DNA of 64,000 nt from Phoronis australis. Its lineage: Eukaryota; Animalia; Phoronida. The translations under genes were made by a program, and so were the position numbers. Under the pieces are notes generated by a model. The model made no database searches. It saw only the letters and a program-made list of their open reading frames with translations, and was not told where the DNA came from. Positions 12,325 through 24,554 of this stretch are shown in pieces. Position 1 is the stretch's first letter. Every line of letters starts with the position of its first letter. The stretch lies in NCBI GenBank assembly GCA_002633005.1, contig NMRA01000150.1, forward strand, positions 673,914 to 737,913. Direction: 5' to 3'.

Positions 12325-12536
12325 CTCTCTGATAAGGAGACAAGAACCTTCTGCGCAGCCTGTCGCAGGTCATACTTAAACTCTTCACTGTCACTAATCT
12401 TCTTATACCAGACATAAATGTAATCCCGGAATGTGCACTCAAGCACCTCCTGGAGGGCCTCATCAATGATACTGGACCCTGTCAGCCGTTTGTCAATTTT
12501 GTAGTCGGCTTTGAATTGCTTCATTTCCCGTACAAT
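12325..12536 (-). CDS. SNX13: SNX13 exon 4 (start of PXA domain)
   Basis: acag|IVREMKQFKADYKIDKRLTGSSIIDEALQEVLECTFRDYIYVWYKKISDSEEFKYDLRQAAQKVLVSLSE(R)|gtag; cf. human KIDRRLTGANIIDEPLQQVIQFSLRDYVQYWY. Confidence 0.95.
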
Positions 12537-13722
12537 CTGTAACATAAGAGTGACAGGATACAGGCGCCAAGAACTTACATGCATACACATGTTTGTGTGT
12601 AAGATACAAAATACAGTGTTAAACTAGCGTAAAACATTCATGACATTTGCAGTTATTTTGCCTAATATTGCAGCAATCACATCAATTAGCAGTTTTGGAG
12701 TAGATGTTATTATCAGTTACAATACTTCAAATTTGTTCAATTGAAAAGCTCCTAGTGACATTTTTGGTCCATTTATGTCAATAACAGAAAACTACATGAC
12801 TAGTGGCCTCGACAAGTATATGACACCTCACAGTGACCATGGACAGCAACAGAGTGAATACTGAGTAGGTGACAACTTGTGACAGCAGCTTTTTTGAATG
12901 TGAGATACAACAGATCACAAAAAAGTTGTCCAATATTGCAGATAACACGCTGCAAGTAACTAATAATTTACCTGCAAACTTGTTTTGTTATTTGACTTAA
13001 AGTTTAGAAAATTTAATGAAACTTAATTAGTCTGGAACAAGCAGTGTCACAGTAATGAACCACTTTATTAGTTCTAGTTAAGAAACATGTCTTTCACTAG
13101 CACTAAAACATGACAACAAGCAAGCTGACTCATGAGACAGCTAAGTCACTGAATGTGGGTCCTGGTAACCATACTGCGGTAACTGACCTACTTAATGCAT
13201 AGTACGCTCTTACCCAGTGCTACAGAAGTATCACTGTGGATTGACTGTACCTAACACGACTTCTCATTGGTTAACGAAATCAAGTAACACGAGCCATTCT
13301 GATTCGTTGGCATTTTGAATGATATTGAGAAATGCATCACTATACAACTCCATCTACTGAGAACTATCCTTGTAGCTTATAGTTGTTGCAAACACTAGAA
13401 CAGACTAAATCAATGTATTCCACACAAGTTCATGTTTTTCTCAGAAAGGAGCAGAGAAACAAAACATTCTGCTGACAGTGAATGTCATGTTATTCACTGT
13501 CGTATCATTCACAGTTAAGTCTTTCCATGACACATTTTCACTAGACAACTGTAACTCAGACATATCCATAATAGAGTTACCCTAGTTACCATGCTAATAG
13601 CTGCTGACATGGAAGCGTGCTGAGCAGAGTGACTCATGATAACAACTTAACAAAGTCAAACACTAGACCACCCACAGATAGATGACCGTGATACATCATT
13701 CAACCATGTTTGACATATGTAC

Positions 13723-13798
13723 CGTTAGAATCCCTGGAGAAGGGTGACCATAGTTTGAAGATACAACATTCAACTGTGTTTGCAGGGATATTCCTGGA
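13723..13798 (-). other. Diverged duplicate of the SNX13 exon 3 3' half plus donor; candidate alternative exon 3b or pseudo-exon
   Basis: gcgtag|t PGISLQTQLNVVSSNYGHPSPGILT|gtacat. Open frame, same 2/0 phases as exon 3, and DNA similarity extends into the intron. Confidence 0.5.
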
Positions 13799-14118
13799 CT
13801 ACGCATTTGCATCATTATAGTGTCAAAAAATAAAAAGGCGCAAGGACATTGCAGCAGGGCCCCCAAGGCACTTGTTTTAAAATGCAACACTCTTTCAAAA
13901 ATGCAAGATTCTAGTCAACTTACAGTCAGTCGGGTAAAACATGACTCTGTTCTTATTTCGATTGCCCTTGGGGTTTCTGTTTCATATGTTACCACTTTAA
14001 TTATACTAAGTTTGCTAGGCACAACGTTTTGAAAAAAAGACATTTTTTATCATCAGGTGCACCCGAAGGGCACAAGTTCAAACCTGGTCAGGAATATCTC
14101 TGTGTTTGGCAGATTTAC

Positions 14119-14218
14119 CTTTATAATGCCTGGAGAAAGATGGCCATAGTTTGGGGGAGGTCCATTCAGGATGTCCAAGGACTTCTTTCGACCATAGTAG
14201 AATGCAATTACAACTCCA
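14119..14218 (-). CDS. SNX13: SNX13 exon 3 (second TM segment)
   Basis: tttcag|t GVVIAFYYGRKKSLDILNGPPPNYGHLSPGIIK|gtaaat, phases 2/0; cf. human GLVVTLLFGKTNSEKYLEQCEHSFLPPTSPGVPK. Confidence 0.88.
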
Positions 14219-17135
14219 CTGAAATGTTAGAAAATGAAATGGTGAGACAAACCAACACGTGCATACAAACATCCAAATGTGTTTAATTTACTCAATTCAA
14301 GCTACGAAATCAAATTGTGCATGTATTTAAAGGACATATTTATTAAAGAAATAAACAAACAATGGGAAGCACTGAAATGCAGCAATGTAAAACATGTGCA
14401 TCTAGTGTTATTAATTAGTATAATGATAAAAAGTCAATTTGATGCGGCAGAATACGTGGCGCCCATTCAAAATTGGGAGAGCGTCGTTGACACTCTAACA
14501 CAAAACTGCCAAAATTTCATGAATATCTGAAAGGCAGATAGGCAGACATAAAAAAAACAAAATGCCATTAAGAGGCACAGTGGTGGCCAAATCTGCCTAT
14601 CTGTTGTCAATTAAATAGGAATACATTTGCCAAATTGTGATTTTGCAAGTGGTTTGGTAAATACAGGAACAGATGCAGAAAAATGTCACTAGAGGGCACA
14701 ACAGCAGTTTGAACCGTCTGAAAATCCATCTCAGTTTTGTTCTTGCCAGTAGGTACACATCTGCTAATTTTGATAATGATCCTCTGGGCGCTTTAGCGAA
14801 TATAGATTAAGCAGATGGCAAAAATGACTGAAAAATGAGCACTAAGTTGTGAAGAATATGTCAAAACCATCATCCCAAAATGGAAAAGTGCTGCTGTCTT
14901 CTTTATAGAAATTCGATTGCCAAATTTCATGAAAAACATCAACTCATAAGATGCAATGGCAAAGGTAAAAAAAATAATATAACAAGTCGTGGGCAGTCAT
15001 AGTCACATTTACAGGGAAATACCTGCAAAAGTTACTAACATCCTGCAAACAAATCAGGTACTACAGCCATGGTCACAAAAATAAAAAATCATCAGTAGGG
15101 GATGCCACAGTTTTCAGGCCCATCCAAACTAATATGGTTCATAATGATCGTTCGAAATGTATGGTGCATAAAGAGGAAGATCTCGTCAAAAAAGGAACTA
15201 AAATAACAAAATAACACCAATAGGTGGCACAGAATACGTCCAATCCATCCACAAATGGAAAGCCATCTTGTCTCCTTAGTAGAAACCCGTTTGCCATATT
15301 TCACAAAATCAAAATGAACTCCAACGCTACAGAGGCAAATATAAAAAAAGAACATTACTACTATGGGGCAAACCTGTTTTCAGATTGGTCTGAAACTCGT
15401 TGTCGTCTATCACCACCTCCAATGGAACACATGTGCCACATTTCACAAAGATCCACCAAAGTGTTAAGTGCCATGGCCGCAAAAAACACAAAATTGCCCC
15501 TTGGGGGCCCCAGAGTAATCAAAGCTGTCTGAAAACGCCAGCGTCAGGACTAACATGGTATTCTAATCAAATTCACATCAGACAATTTTTATCACGATCT
15601 CTTGAGCAGTTTAGCAGAAAGAGAAGCAGACGTCTTGCTTAAAATGACCACCAGGTGACGCATAATACTTCAAATCCGAAAATGAGAAAGCGTCATCTTC
15701 TCCTTAATAGAAACCTATTTTGTAAATTTCATGAAAATATATCAAGGAATTATAAAAATACAGAGGCAAATGTAAAAATAAAAATTTCCACTTGAGGAAA
15801 GTCTGATCAACCTGAAACTTGTCGCCATTTGTCGTTACCTTCATAGAAACACATAATACTAAATCTCATTAAGAACCTGTAAGGCATTTAGGATATATGT
15901 CAGTGGATACTGGACGCCCAGACAGAGATGATGGCAATATGCACCCACAATTTGGGCACATGTAATGCATACCAATCAATAAACAATAACCCGATCGGGG
16001 GTTACAGATGCCGAGATTGTACAACAGCAGGAGATATGGGCAACAAAGTGCCTCATAGAGCGAGGATGGCAATATGGAGATGCAGCAAAAACTCGTATCA
16101 GGGGAAAAGATTGAAGAGTGTGTAACTACCACGAACTTGGTTGCATCTCCAAATCTACATTGCGTGCGATACTGGAAGGAGGAGGGCCAGAGACTATCCC
16201 GGTGCCTACCCTCTGACGTCACCACAGAAACAGAAACAGAAAATAAACTATAAAAAATGCAATGGACATCCCTAAAAACAAAAAATGGGAATTTCAACAT
16301 GGAATGACTGCCAATTAAGAACACAAAATGACCGACAATTGAAATTTTATTTGCTTAACTTTTTTCCACAAAAGAAACACAAAATAAATGCTGTAAGATT
16401 TTTAAAGATCTGTATCATAGATAGTGTCAGATCATGACGATGACAAATCGTTGGCATTCATAGCAATGTCAGGAGCCTTTGAAAAATGAAAATAGACCAA
16501 TTTTGGTAAATTATTTTTGTCCAAAGTTGGTGTGATTTTAACGCATGTGAAGTGTATGTTGGGATTGCTAGTTTAGGACAGACAGTGCCCCATCTGACCT
16601 TAAGGACAGACAGTGCCCTGTCTGACCACAAGGACAGATACTTCACTGTATGACCTTAAAGACAGACGGTGCCCTGTCTGACCTTAAGGAGAGACACTGC
16701 ATTGTCTGACCTCAAGTTTTTTTGCAGACAACACAAGCTATGGTACAAGACAAAGTAATAAGGCAAATTGCCCTTTTCCCAGTCTACTTTTAAATTATGA
16801 TGAAAGAATAGCTTAGCAAACTAGCTAACCTTCCAACATATTCTCTAAAATTGTCGGTCACGAGAGAAAACTACTTTGACGATAATTTGGCTTCTGCACT
16901 GCCGTCATAATGCAGAATTTCAACATTTACTGGCCGACTGTCTTGTTTCTGTTTGACATTCACAAGCGCTGCTCATTTTGAGAAACCTTAAAAACTAAAC
17001 ATTTAATTGTAGTTCCAAAAGTAGACTCATGGACCAAAATTAGAATTTTTTTCTAAAACAGCCCAAGAGCCTATACCACAAGGGACCTGACTGAGGAAAT
17101 TTCTGCCACTAATCACTATTTACATGAACACATAC

Positions 17136-17211
17136 CCCAATACAAATGAAAGGACGTAGAAAATCAAATAAAATCCGCCAAGTGGTCCAAAGGTTCCAAA
17201 GAACAGGGCCA
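17136..17211 (-). CDS. SNX13: SNX13 exon 2, 3' part, copy A (duplicate, likely the other haplotype); truncated at N 17212
   Basis: Same sequence as 19287-19362, inside the 2.15-kb duplication, and ends at the same base before a single N. Confidence 0.8.
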
Positions 17212-19286
17212 NAACATCCTGCAAACAAATCAGGTACTACAGCCATGGTCACAAAAATAAAAAATCATCAGTAGGGGATGCCACAGTTTTCAGGCCCATC
17301 CAAACTAATATGATTCATAATGATCGTTCAACCTGTATGGTGCATAAAGAGGAAGATCTTGTCAAAAAAGGAACTAAAAATAACAAAATAACACCAATAG
17401 GTGGCGCAGAATACGTCCAATCCATCCACAAATGGAAAGCCATATTGTCTCCTTAGTAGAAACCCGTTTGCCATATTTCACAAAATCAAAATGAACTCCA
17501 ACGCTACAGAGGCAAATATAGAAAAAGAACATTACTACTATGGGGCAAACCTGTTTTCAGATTGGTCTGAAACTCGTTATCGTCTGTCACCACCTCCAAT
17601 GGAACACATGTGCCACATTTCATAAAGATCCACCAAAGTGTTAAGTGCCATGGCCGCAAAAAACACAAAATTGCCCCTTGGGGGCCCCAGAGTAATCAAA
17701 GCTGTCTGAAAACGCCAGCGTCAGGTATTCTAATCAAATTCACATCAGACAATTTTTATCACGATCTCTTGAGCAGTTTAGCAGATAGAGAGGCAGACGT
17801 CTTGCTTAAAATGACCACCAGGTGACGCATAATACTTCAAATCCGAAAATGAGAAAGCGTCATCTTCTCCTTAATAGAAACCTATTTTATAAATTTCATG
17901 AAAATATATCAAGGAATTATAAAAATACAGAGGCAAATGTAAAAATAAAAATTTCCACTTGAGGAAAGTCTGATCAACCTGAAACTTGTCGCCATCTGTC
18001 GTTACCTTCATAGGAACACATAGTACTAAATCTCATTAAGAACCTGCAAGGCATTTAGGATATATGTCAGTGGATACTGGATGCCCAGACAGAGATGATG
18101 GCAATATGCACCCACAACTTGGGCGCATGTAATGCATACCAATCAATAAACTATAACCCGATCGGGGGTTACAGATGCCGAGATTGTACAACAGCAGGAG
18201 ATATGGGCAACAAAGTGCCTCATAGAGCGAGGATGGCAATATGGAGATGCAGCAAAAACTCGTATCAGGGGAAAAGATCGAAGAGTGTGTAACCAGCACG
18301 AACTTGGTTGCATCTCCAAATTTACTTTGCGTACGATACTGGAAGGAGGGCCAGAGACTATACCGGTGCCTACCCTCTGACGTCACCACAGAAACAGAAA
18401 ATAAACTATAAAAAATGCAATGGACATCCCTAAAAACAAAAAATGGGAATTTCAACATGGAATGACTGCCAATTAAGAACACAACATGACCGACAATTAA
18501 AATTTTATTTGCTTAACTTTTTTCCACAAAAGAAACACAAAATAAATGCTGTAAGATTTTTAAAGATCTGTATCATAGATAGTGTCAGATCATGACAATG
18601 ACAAATCGTTGGCATTCATAGCAATGTCAGGAGCCTTTGAAAAATGAAAATAGACCAATTTTGGTAAATTGTTTTTGTCCAAAATTGGTGTGATTTTAAC
18701 GCATGTGAAGTGTATGTTGGGATTGCTAGTTTAGGACAGACAGTGCCCCATCTGACCTTAAGGACAGACGGTGCCCTGTCTGACCACAAGGACAGATACT
18801 GCACTGTCTGACCTTAAAGACAGACGGTGCCCTGTCTGACCTTAAGGAGAGACACTGCATTGTCTGACCTCAAGTCTTTTTGCAGACAACACAAGCTATG
18901 GTACAAGACAAAGTAATACGGCAAATTGCCCTTTTCCCAGTCTACTTTTAAATTATGATGAAAGAATAGCTTAGCAAACTAGCTAACCTTCCAGCATATT
19001 CTCTAAAATTGTCGGTCACGAGAGAAAACTACTTTGACGATAATTTGGCTTCTGCACTGCCGTCATAATGCAGAATTTCAACATTTACTGGCCAACTGTC
19101 TTGTTTCTGTTTGACATTCACAAGCACTGCTCATTTTGAGAAACCTTAAACATTTAATTGTAGTTCCAAAAGTAGACTCATGGACCAAAATTAGAATTTC
19201 TTTCTAAAACAGCCCAAGAGCCTATACCAAAAGGGACCTGACTGAGGAAATTTCTGCCACTAATCACTATTTACATGAACACATAC

Positions 19287-19362
19287 CCCAATACAAATGA
19301 AAGGACGTAGAAAATCAAATAAAATCCGCCAAGTGGTCCAAAGGTTCCAAAGAACAGGGCCA
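19287..19362 (-). CDS. SNX13: SNX13 exon 2, 3' part (first TM segment), copy B; 5' end lost at N 19363
   Basis: Translates ALFFGTFGPLGGFYLIFYVLSFVLG|gtatgt (phase 2), cf. human IVLFLITFGPFVIFYLTFYILCFVGG. Confidence 0.85.
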
Positions 19363-19855
19363 NTCTTCAATCAACTGCTGTTCTTTCACGAGCTTGCGTA
19401 CACGTCACAACAAATTATTGGAACTGGTTTCACTTCATTATAATTTTTTAGAATTCCGATACCGAAAAACCGAATTTCAGAACAAATTTTGCTTCTCCGA
19501 AGTTGTCGCGAAAATTTAGGAAATGGCGCGTGCGGGTGACACTAGCGTATTGTTTTCGAAACGATGACATACTTTTCATTGTTAGAAAAGGCGGAGAGTT
19601 ACGCAAGAAAATAACATTTATTGCATTGTTTTTAACTTAAACGGCTGTAACGGGCAAGGTGAGCATCGGTTGATTCCCAGATTTTGTATGCACCCCGTCC
19701 GGTCTTTAGCTTTACATGATGATACAAGTTTCACGGCGAGGTGACGGGCAGAACTACCCTAGCTGTGTGCAATTTCGGTGTCTACGGAAGAAATACATGC
19801 AGTGGTACCTAGCTGTATTTTGACGGCAGTCTTCATCATACAGCTAGCTGGCTGG

Positions 19856-20810
19856 TAGGCAATGACCATCGCCTCTGTTGGCCCGAACCAGAGGCGATGC
19901 AGCTCCTATAGGTGCTCCATACGCCGGAAGCTTTTTCGGCGAATTATTTCTTGCACTGGCTAAAGCATGAAAGTCACGTTGTTATAAATACCTTTTGCAT
20001 ATAGAGGGACACCTTAGGAGGTTGGCGGTGTGTTTAATTCCTTCCAACTCGAACAAATACTTCCGTTATCTAACTTTTTGTTCGAGCAGTCACTCGTTCA
20101 GTTTCCAAAATCGTGAACTCGCCATTTTTATACTGCGCACGCTCCAATTTTTACCGCGCTCGCAAGGTGATGTGACTTCATGACCTCAATCTTTAAATAG
20201 GCCAAAGGTGATCCATTGCGGTCTTGTCAGTCAAATGTTCGTTTCCAAAGTGCCACCACTTATACTTGTCTTTAATTGGCATTACTTGAAACTGATTGTA
20301 TTTCAATGAATTATTGTTTGTATTTGATAAAAAAAAATGCTGTTGATATGACATTTAAGAGTCTTTGTGCACATATTTGACATTTTAATGTTTAACAACA
20401 CGGCAAATGCACGGCTGGTTCCCGGCAGCACGTACGCGAAGGGCGGGAACTTCAGCTTTCAAAGTTTGCCGGTAGGACCGCAACTTCTGACCTTCGGCCT
20501 GGTTAAAAGAATCTCTTGGCGTGCGCCGAGTGAAAGTGTTGAGTTCACGATTTTAGGAACTGAAATAGGGACTGCTCGAAGAAAAAGTTTGATAACGGGG
20601 GTATTTGTTCGAGTTGAAAGAAATTAAACACATTGACAACCTCCTAAGGTGTTCCTCTATGCGCAAAAGGTATTTATAAGAACATGACTTTGATGGTTTA
20701 GTCGGTGCGTGGCATAATTCGCCGAAAAGCTTCCGGCATATGGAGCGCCTATAGGAGCTGTATCGCCTCTGGTTCGGGCCAACAGAGGCGATGGTCATTC
20801 TCATTGCCTA
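19856..20810. mobile_element. Non-autonomous Mutator/foldback-like element (955 bp, ~265-bp TIRs, 9-bp TSD) in SNX13 intron 1
   Basis: Termini TAGGCAATGA...TCATTGCCTA; imperfect inverted arms ~19856-20120 and ~20541-20810; TSD GCTGGCTGG at 19847-19855 and 20811-20819. Confidence 0.88.
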
Positions 20811-20892
20811 GCTGGCTGGCTACACTCCTACAGACACAGTGACAAGTGAATTGCGCATGACTAGTCATGTAGCTAATTCCGTAATTCCTTAC

Positions 20893-20904
20893 CAATACTC
20901 TCAT
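20893..20904 (-). CDS. SNX13: Sorting nexin-13, putative coding exon 1 (MRVL)
   Basis: Minus strand ATG AGA GTA TTG|gtaagg with a strong phase-0 donor. A 4-codon first exon matches my recall of vertebrate SNX13 (MLTE|). The junction to exon 2 cannot be checked because of the N gap. Confidence 0.6.
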
Positions 20905-21155
20905 TTGATCAGTGATACTAATCAGTCACCGTGGGTTGTGCCTCTAACGCGACAATTCGTTTTGCATGTTGTATTCTCTCCACAAGACGACCTGAAGTGT
21001 TTACGTCTTCTGTCCAGATTGCGATTGAGTTTAACAGGAAGTCAATACAATAATCCGAAACGCCCCTCAAAACCATCTCTGCGAACACTAATAAAGAACC
21101 TAAACATGGCTTTTTGACTTAGAGGAATACTAGGTTCAAGAATAAGAGACCGGAG
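20905..21155. promoter_or_regulatory. Bidirectional promoter / 5' UTR region between SNX13 and MON1
   Basis: Divergent ATGs at 20904 (-) and 21262 (+); ETS-type CAGGAAGT near 21035; MON1 non-coding exon donor ggag|gtaat at 21155/21156 and acceptor ccacag| at 21258. Confidence 0.6.
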
Positions 21156-21261
21156 GTAATTTTCTATGGAATTTTTGGTTAGAATTAAATTGATGACAGT
21201 CTATTTAGTGGTGATTACTGATTACATTTACGTTAGCATTGTTATTATATCGCCACAGATA

Positions 21262-21519
21262 ATGGCCGAGTTGTTGAAGTCGTCTAGCCCAGCGCCTGAT
21301 GAATTTATTCAAGGCCACGAGCCCGGGGCGAAAGGGGGAGGGATTTTCATTGCAACTGATTCGTATGAGGAGCTTACCAAATCTTTAGATGGCGTCGTTT
21401 TGGATGAATCGCGGCAACGAAACGATAGTAAAATTATTCAACTTTCGAGGAACGGTTCTAGCCATTCCAGTTCGAAGCCGAAGGAAAACGAAGACGAGCA
21501 CAAATCTCACCAAACGGAA
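21262..21519 (+). CDS. MON1: Vacuolar fusion protein MON1 homolog, first coding exon
   Basis: MAELLKSSSPAPDEFIQGHEPGAKGGGIFIATDSYEELT...HQTE|gtacgt; cf. MON1A [24 protein letters not shown]. Phase 0. Confidence 0.85.
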
Positions 21520-21974
21520 GTACGTGTGTTTGTGCAGTAGACATGCATTGCACTCCTGAGTAGCTCTAGATCTACATTACACTTTCGTACAGCATTAGTG
21601 ACTATATCTACGTTACAGTACTGACTCAACTGACTGCACACCACTTAATTTCTGTTACACTTCTGTCTGTCCAGCACTAAAAATCTACATTGCACTACTG
21701 TACTGCACTGGATCTATGTTAAACTGCTGTACAGCACCAGATGTAAGTTACACTGTACAGCACTAGATCTCCATTACACTTTTGTACGGCTCTAAATCCA
21801 TGTTACAATATGGTACTGCACTAGATCTATGACTATATTACACTATGTATGGTACTAGATCTAGATCTATGTTACACTCCTGTACAGCATTAGATCTATG
21901 CTAGTTACACTCCTGTACGACATTGCTTCTGCATTACGCTCTTTTACAACAGAATCAACGGCACTAGTCAAATA

Positions 21975-22434
21975 TAATGGTCCCTGATTTAAAGAACCAG
22001 TTTCACTCGTGGAAACACGGGCCCGTTATTCAGCGCCTCATTCTTTTGCAGCCCAAACTGATCTCTGTGCCAAACTGAAGCTACCATAAGTTCCCAAATT
22101 GTTGCTAGTTATTAATAGCATTTTTAACTGTTGTCAGAAGTGAAATTGACAAATTAATGATTAATAATGTCTCGGGACACTTTCCCCATGTGATTAATCC
22201 GTATGACCTTGACCTTTATACGTGAACACTCATTGTCATCAAATTCAATTCTGATGTGTGTTGAAAAATTCATAGACCATTAGCAGTAATTTGGGAACTT
22301 ACAGTAGCTTCAGTTTGGCTCAGGCATCAGTGTGACTCGCCAACCTGTACCATATTGAAGTGCGCCAAATCAGTTTGACACAGGCATCATTTTGGGTTAC
22401 AACAGTTCTACTAAGTCTAAATCAGGGACCACTA
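21975..22434. mobile_element. Tc1/mariner-pogo-type MITE
   Basis: TIRs TAATGGTCCCTGATTTA / TAAATCAGGGACCACTA, inner inverted arms 22069-22110 / 22280-22319, TA on the left flank. Confidence 0.65.
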
Positions 22435-22521
22435 TGCTGCTATGGTATATCTGGCTGGTATGTCTGGCTGGTATGTCTGGCAGGAATGTCTGGCAGGTAT
22501 GTCTGGCTGGTATGTCAGGAG

Positions 22522-23575
22522 TTTTTTAAAGTGATATATGTTTATTGAAGAATACACAGAACATACAAAGAAATAATGACAAACCCAGAAATCGCAAAGC
22601 ATTACATCTGGGTTTTAGACAATTCATAAATGAAAGTAATAAACATAGAGGTATATACATTTAAGTAGTATCTAATGTAAGTATTCCAATATTTAGATAT
22701 GCTATTACGAACATATAAAAACAAAAACGTGTACAGATTCATGTATAGAAGTCAGAAGCAACAATATTTATAAGCGGTATATAAAAATTTGCTAACATTG
22801 CTTAGGAGGAATTCATTGAGAACAAGGTCAAAATTAGGATTACCATTCAGTAATAATGTAACTTGAGTAGGGATATTACTACAAAAATTAAGAGCTTTTA
22901 CAATTGATTGGTTTTCATTGAGTGCACGAAAGAGTGAGTCTCTCAGGAATTCGATGAGGGGACATTTGAAGAAAACATGAGGATAAGATTGGTCACCACA
23001 TTTACAGTTTGGAGAGACATTACTAAAGTTATGCTGGAAGTTGTCAGAGTTGAGGAAAAGATCGTATCTTGATCTGTACAATGCTATTTCGTTATCGCGG
23101 GGAAGGGAGAATTGAGTCAAGGGTGTTGAGTTTAATGAAAAACACTTCTAAAGTCATTTTTTATACTCCTAAAAGAGTTGCTTTCCTTAACAGAGACTGG
23201 AAAAGAATTCCAATTGGTGATGCACATCATAACTGTAGACCTTCTGAATGCCTGAATGAACGACGGAGGAATTGCATTTGGGGTGGGGGATCTCAAACCA
23301 CTACGATGACCTTGTCTAGTGTATAAATCAAATATTTTGTTGACAGAGGCGTTGTTGACATTGTTTATTACTTTGAAAGTAAATGTGGTCATGTGAAGAT
23401 TGTGTCGAGTAGACAGTTTGGGCCACTTGATACTATTCAAAACCCCAACACTATTGGATCCCCTGTAAGCTCCAGTTATGAGTAAGGCAGCTAGATACTG
23501 TAATTTCTCCAAATGCTGGAGTGCACCAGTATTTGCAGACTGATATATAACATCACACCAATCAATGAGTGGAAG
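22522..23575 (-). mobile_element. 5'-truncated non-LTR retrotransposon (CR1/L2-group-like ORF2 C-terminus and 3' UTR), inserted in a 13-bp minisatellite
   Basis: PLIDWCDVIY...LEKLQYLAALLITGAYRG...WPKLSTR and C-terminal CKCGDQSYPHVFFKCP; AATAAA and short A-tail at the left; GGTATGTCTGG[C/A]T arrays on both sides (22443-22519, 23575-23675). Confidence 0.88.
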
Positions 23576-24554
23576 TATGTCTGGATGGTATGTCAGGTGG
23601 GTATGTCTGGATGGTATGTCTGGATGGTATGTCAGGCGGGTATGTCTGGATGGTATGTCTGGATGGTATGTCTGGCCAGCGGCCAATCAACAGCTACCAG
23701 TTTCAGAATCTGGTTTTGAAACAAAAGCAACCAGCGTTCTTTCTGAGCAAAACTTCAAACATGGTGCGAATTCCATGTCCTGATGATTTTGGTGTTAAGT
23801 ATGTTGACTTTCAGCTTGCTGATTCCCTGCGTATCTGCTAGGGGGTAGAGAACACAGTTATCATTCAGTAGCGTGCGTTTTGTCACTGGTTGATGTAATT
23901 TTGCCAGTCATTGGTTAGCTTTACAACAAAGAAAGAAAGTGGTGATCTGTGAACAGTGTTTAGCCTTGTCATGCAAGGGGCGTGACAGCAAATACATGTT
24001 TCTGCAGTAGTGTTTAATAGTTGTGTGGTTGAGGCACATACAATGCGCACACATCTGGACGATTTAACTGGTGTGTTAATCATACTGTGTGAATACAGGA
24101 TAGCAACGTAAACAAAATTCTGCGACAGTAAAAAATGCACCCCAAAAAGGCACAACCACAACTTTATGATTCACATTTTCTTGAACGTGAATTAAGCGGC
24201 GGTTTGTCCGTACAGCAGACCATAAACTACATCCACATTTACAGTCATTCCAGTTTCTTTACGTAAAGCACTACTTTTTCATAATTCGACCTGAAACGCC
24301 AGTCTAAAAAATTCCTGAGGAAAAGTAAATGATACCTATATCCTCTAGCGTACATGCAGAGAAACAGCGAGGGGTTTCAGCACCGTTAAATAGAGCGTCA
24401 CGTATTGACCGTTTTTTCTCTGCTCAATCCACTATTCTTCTACAAGGTTGCATGCGTACATGTCACAATAATTTATTAGAATTTGTGTGAATTTCACCAC
24501 TTTTGGTATTGATATAGGAGGCCCAAGTGTAGTACTCCTGTTTGTTTTGAAAAT

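Larger units (their letters stand above)
15037..19362. repeat. 2.15-kb near-identical direct duplication (15037-17211 / 17213-19362), probable haplotype artefact
   Basis: Both copies end at the same base followed by a single N and differ only by SNPs and small indels. Confidence 0.9.

Noticed and set aside
15037-19363. Apparent tandem duplication of SNX13 exon 2 in a 2.15-kb block
   Set aside because: Both copies end at the identical base before a single N and differ at an allele-like level. This is typical of uncollapsed haplotigs; half read depth would confirm.
20760-20812. Helitron-like 3' hairpin followed by CTAG
   Set aside because: The hairpin is part of a TIR present in both arms and the element has a 9-bp TSD, which Helitrons do not make.
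23690-23800. Possible extra MON1 exon after the LINE
   Set aside because: No convincing donor or homology; the flanking exons already join in phase 0 to give a normal-length MON1.
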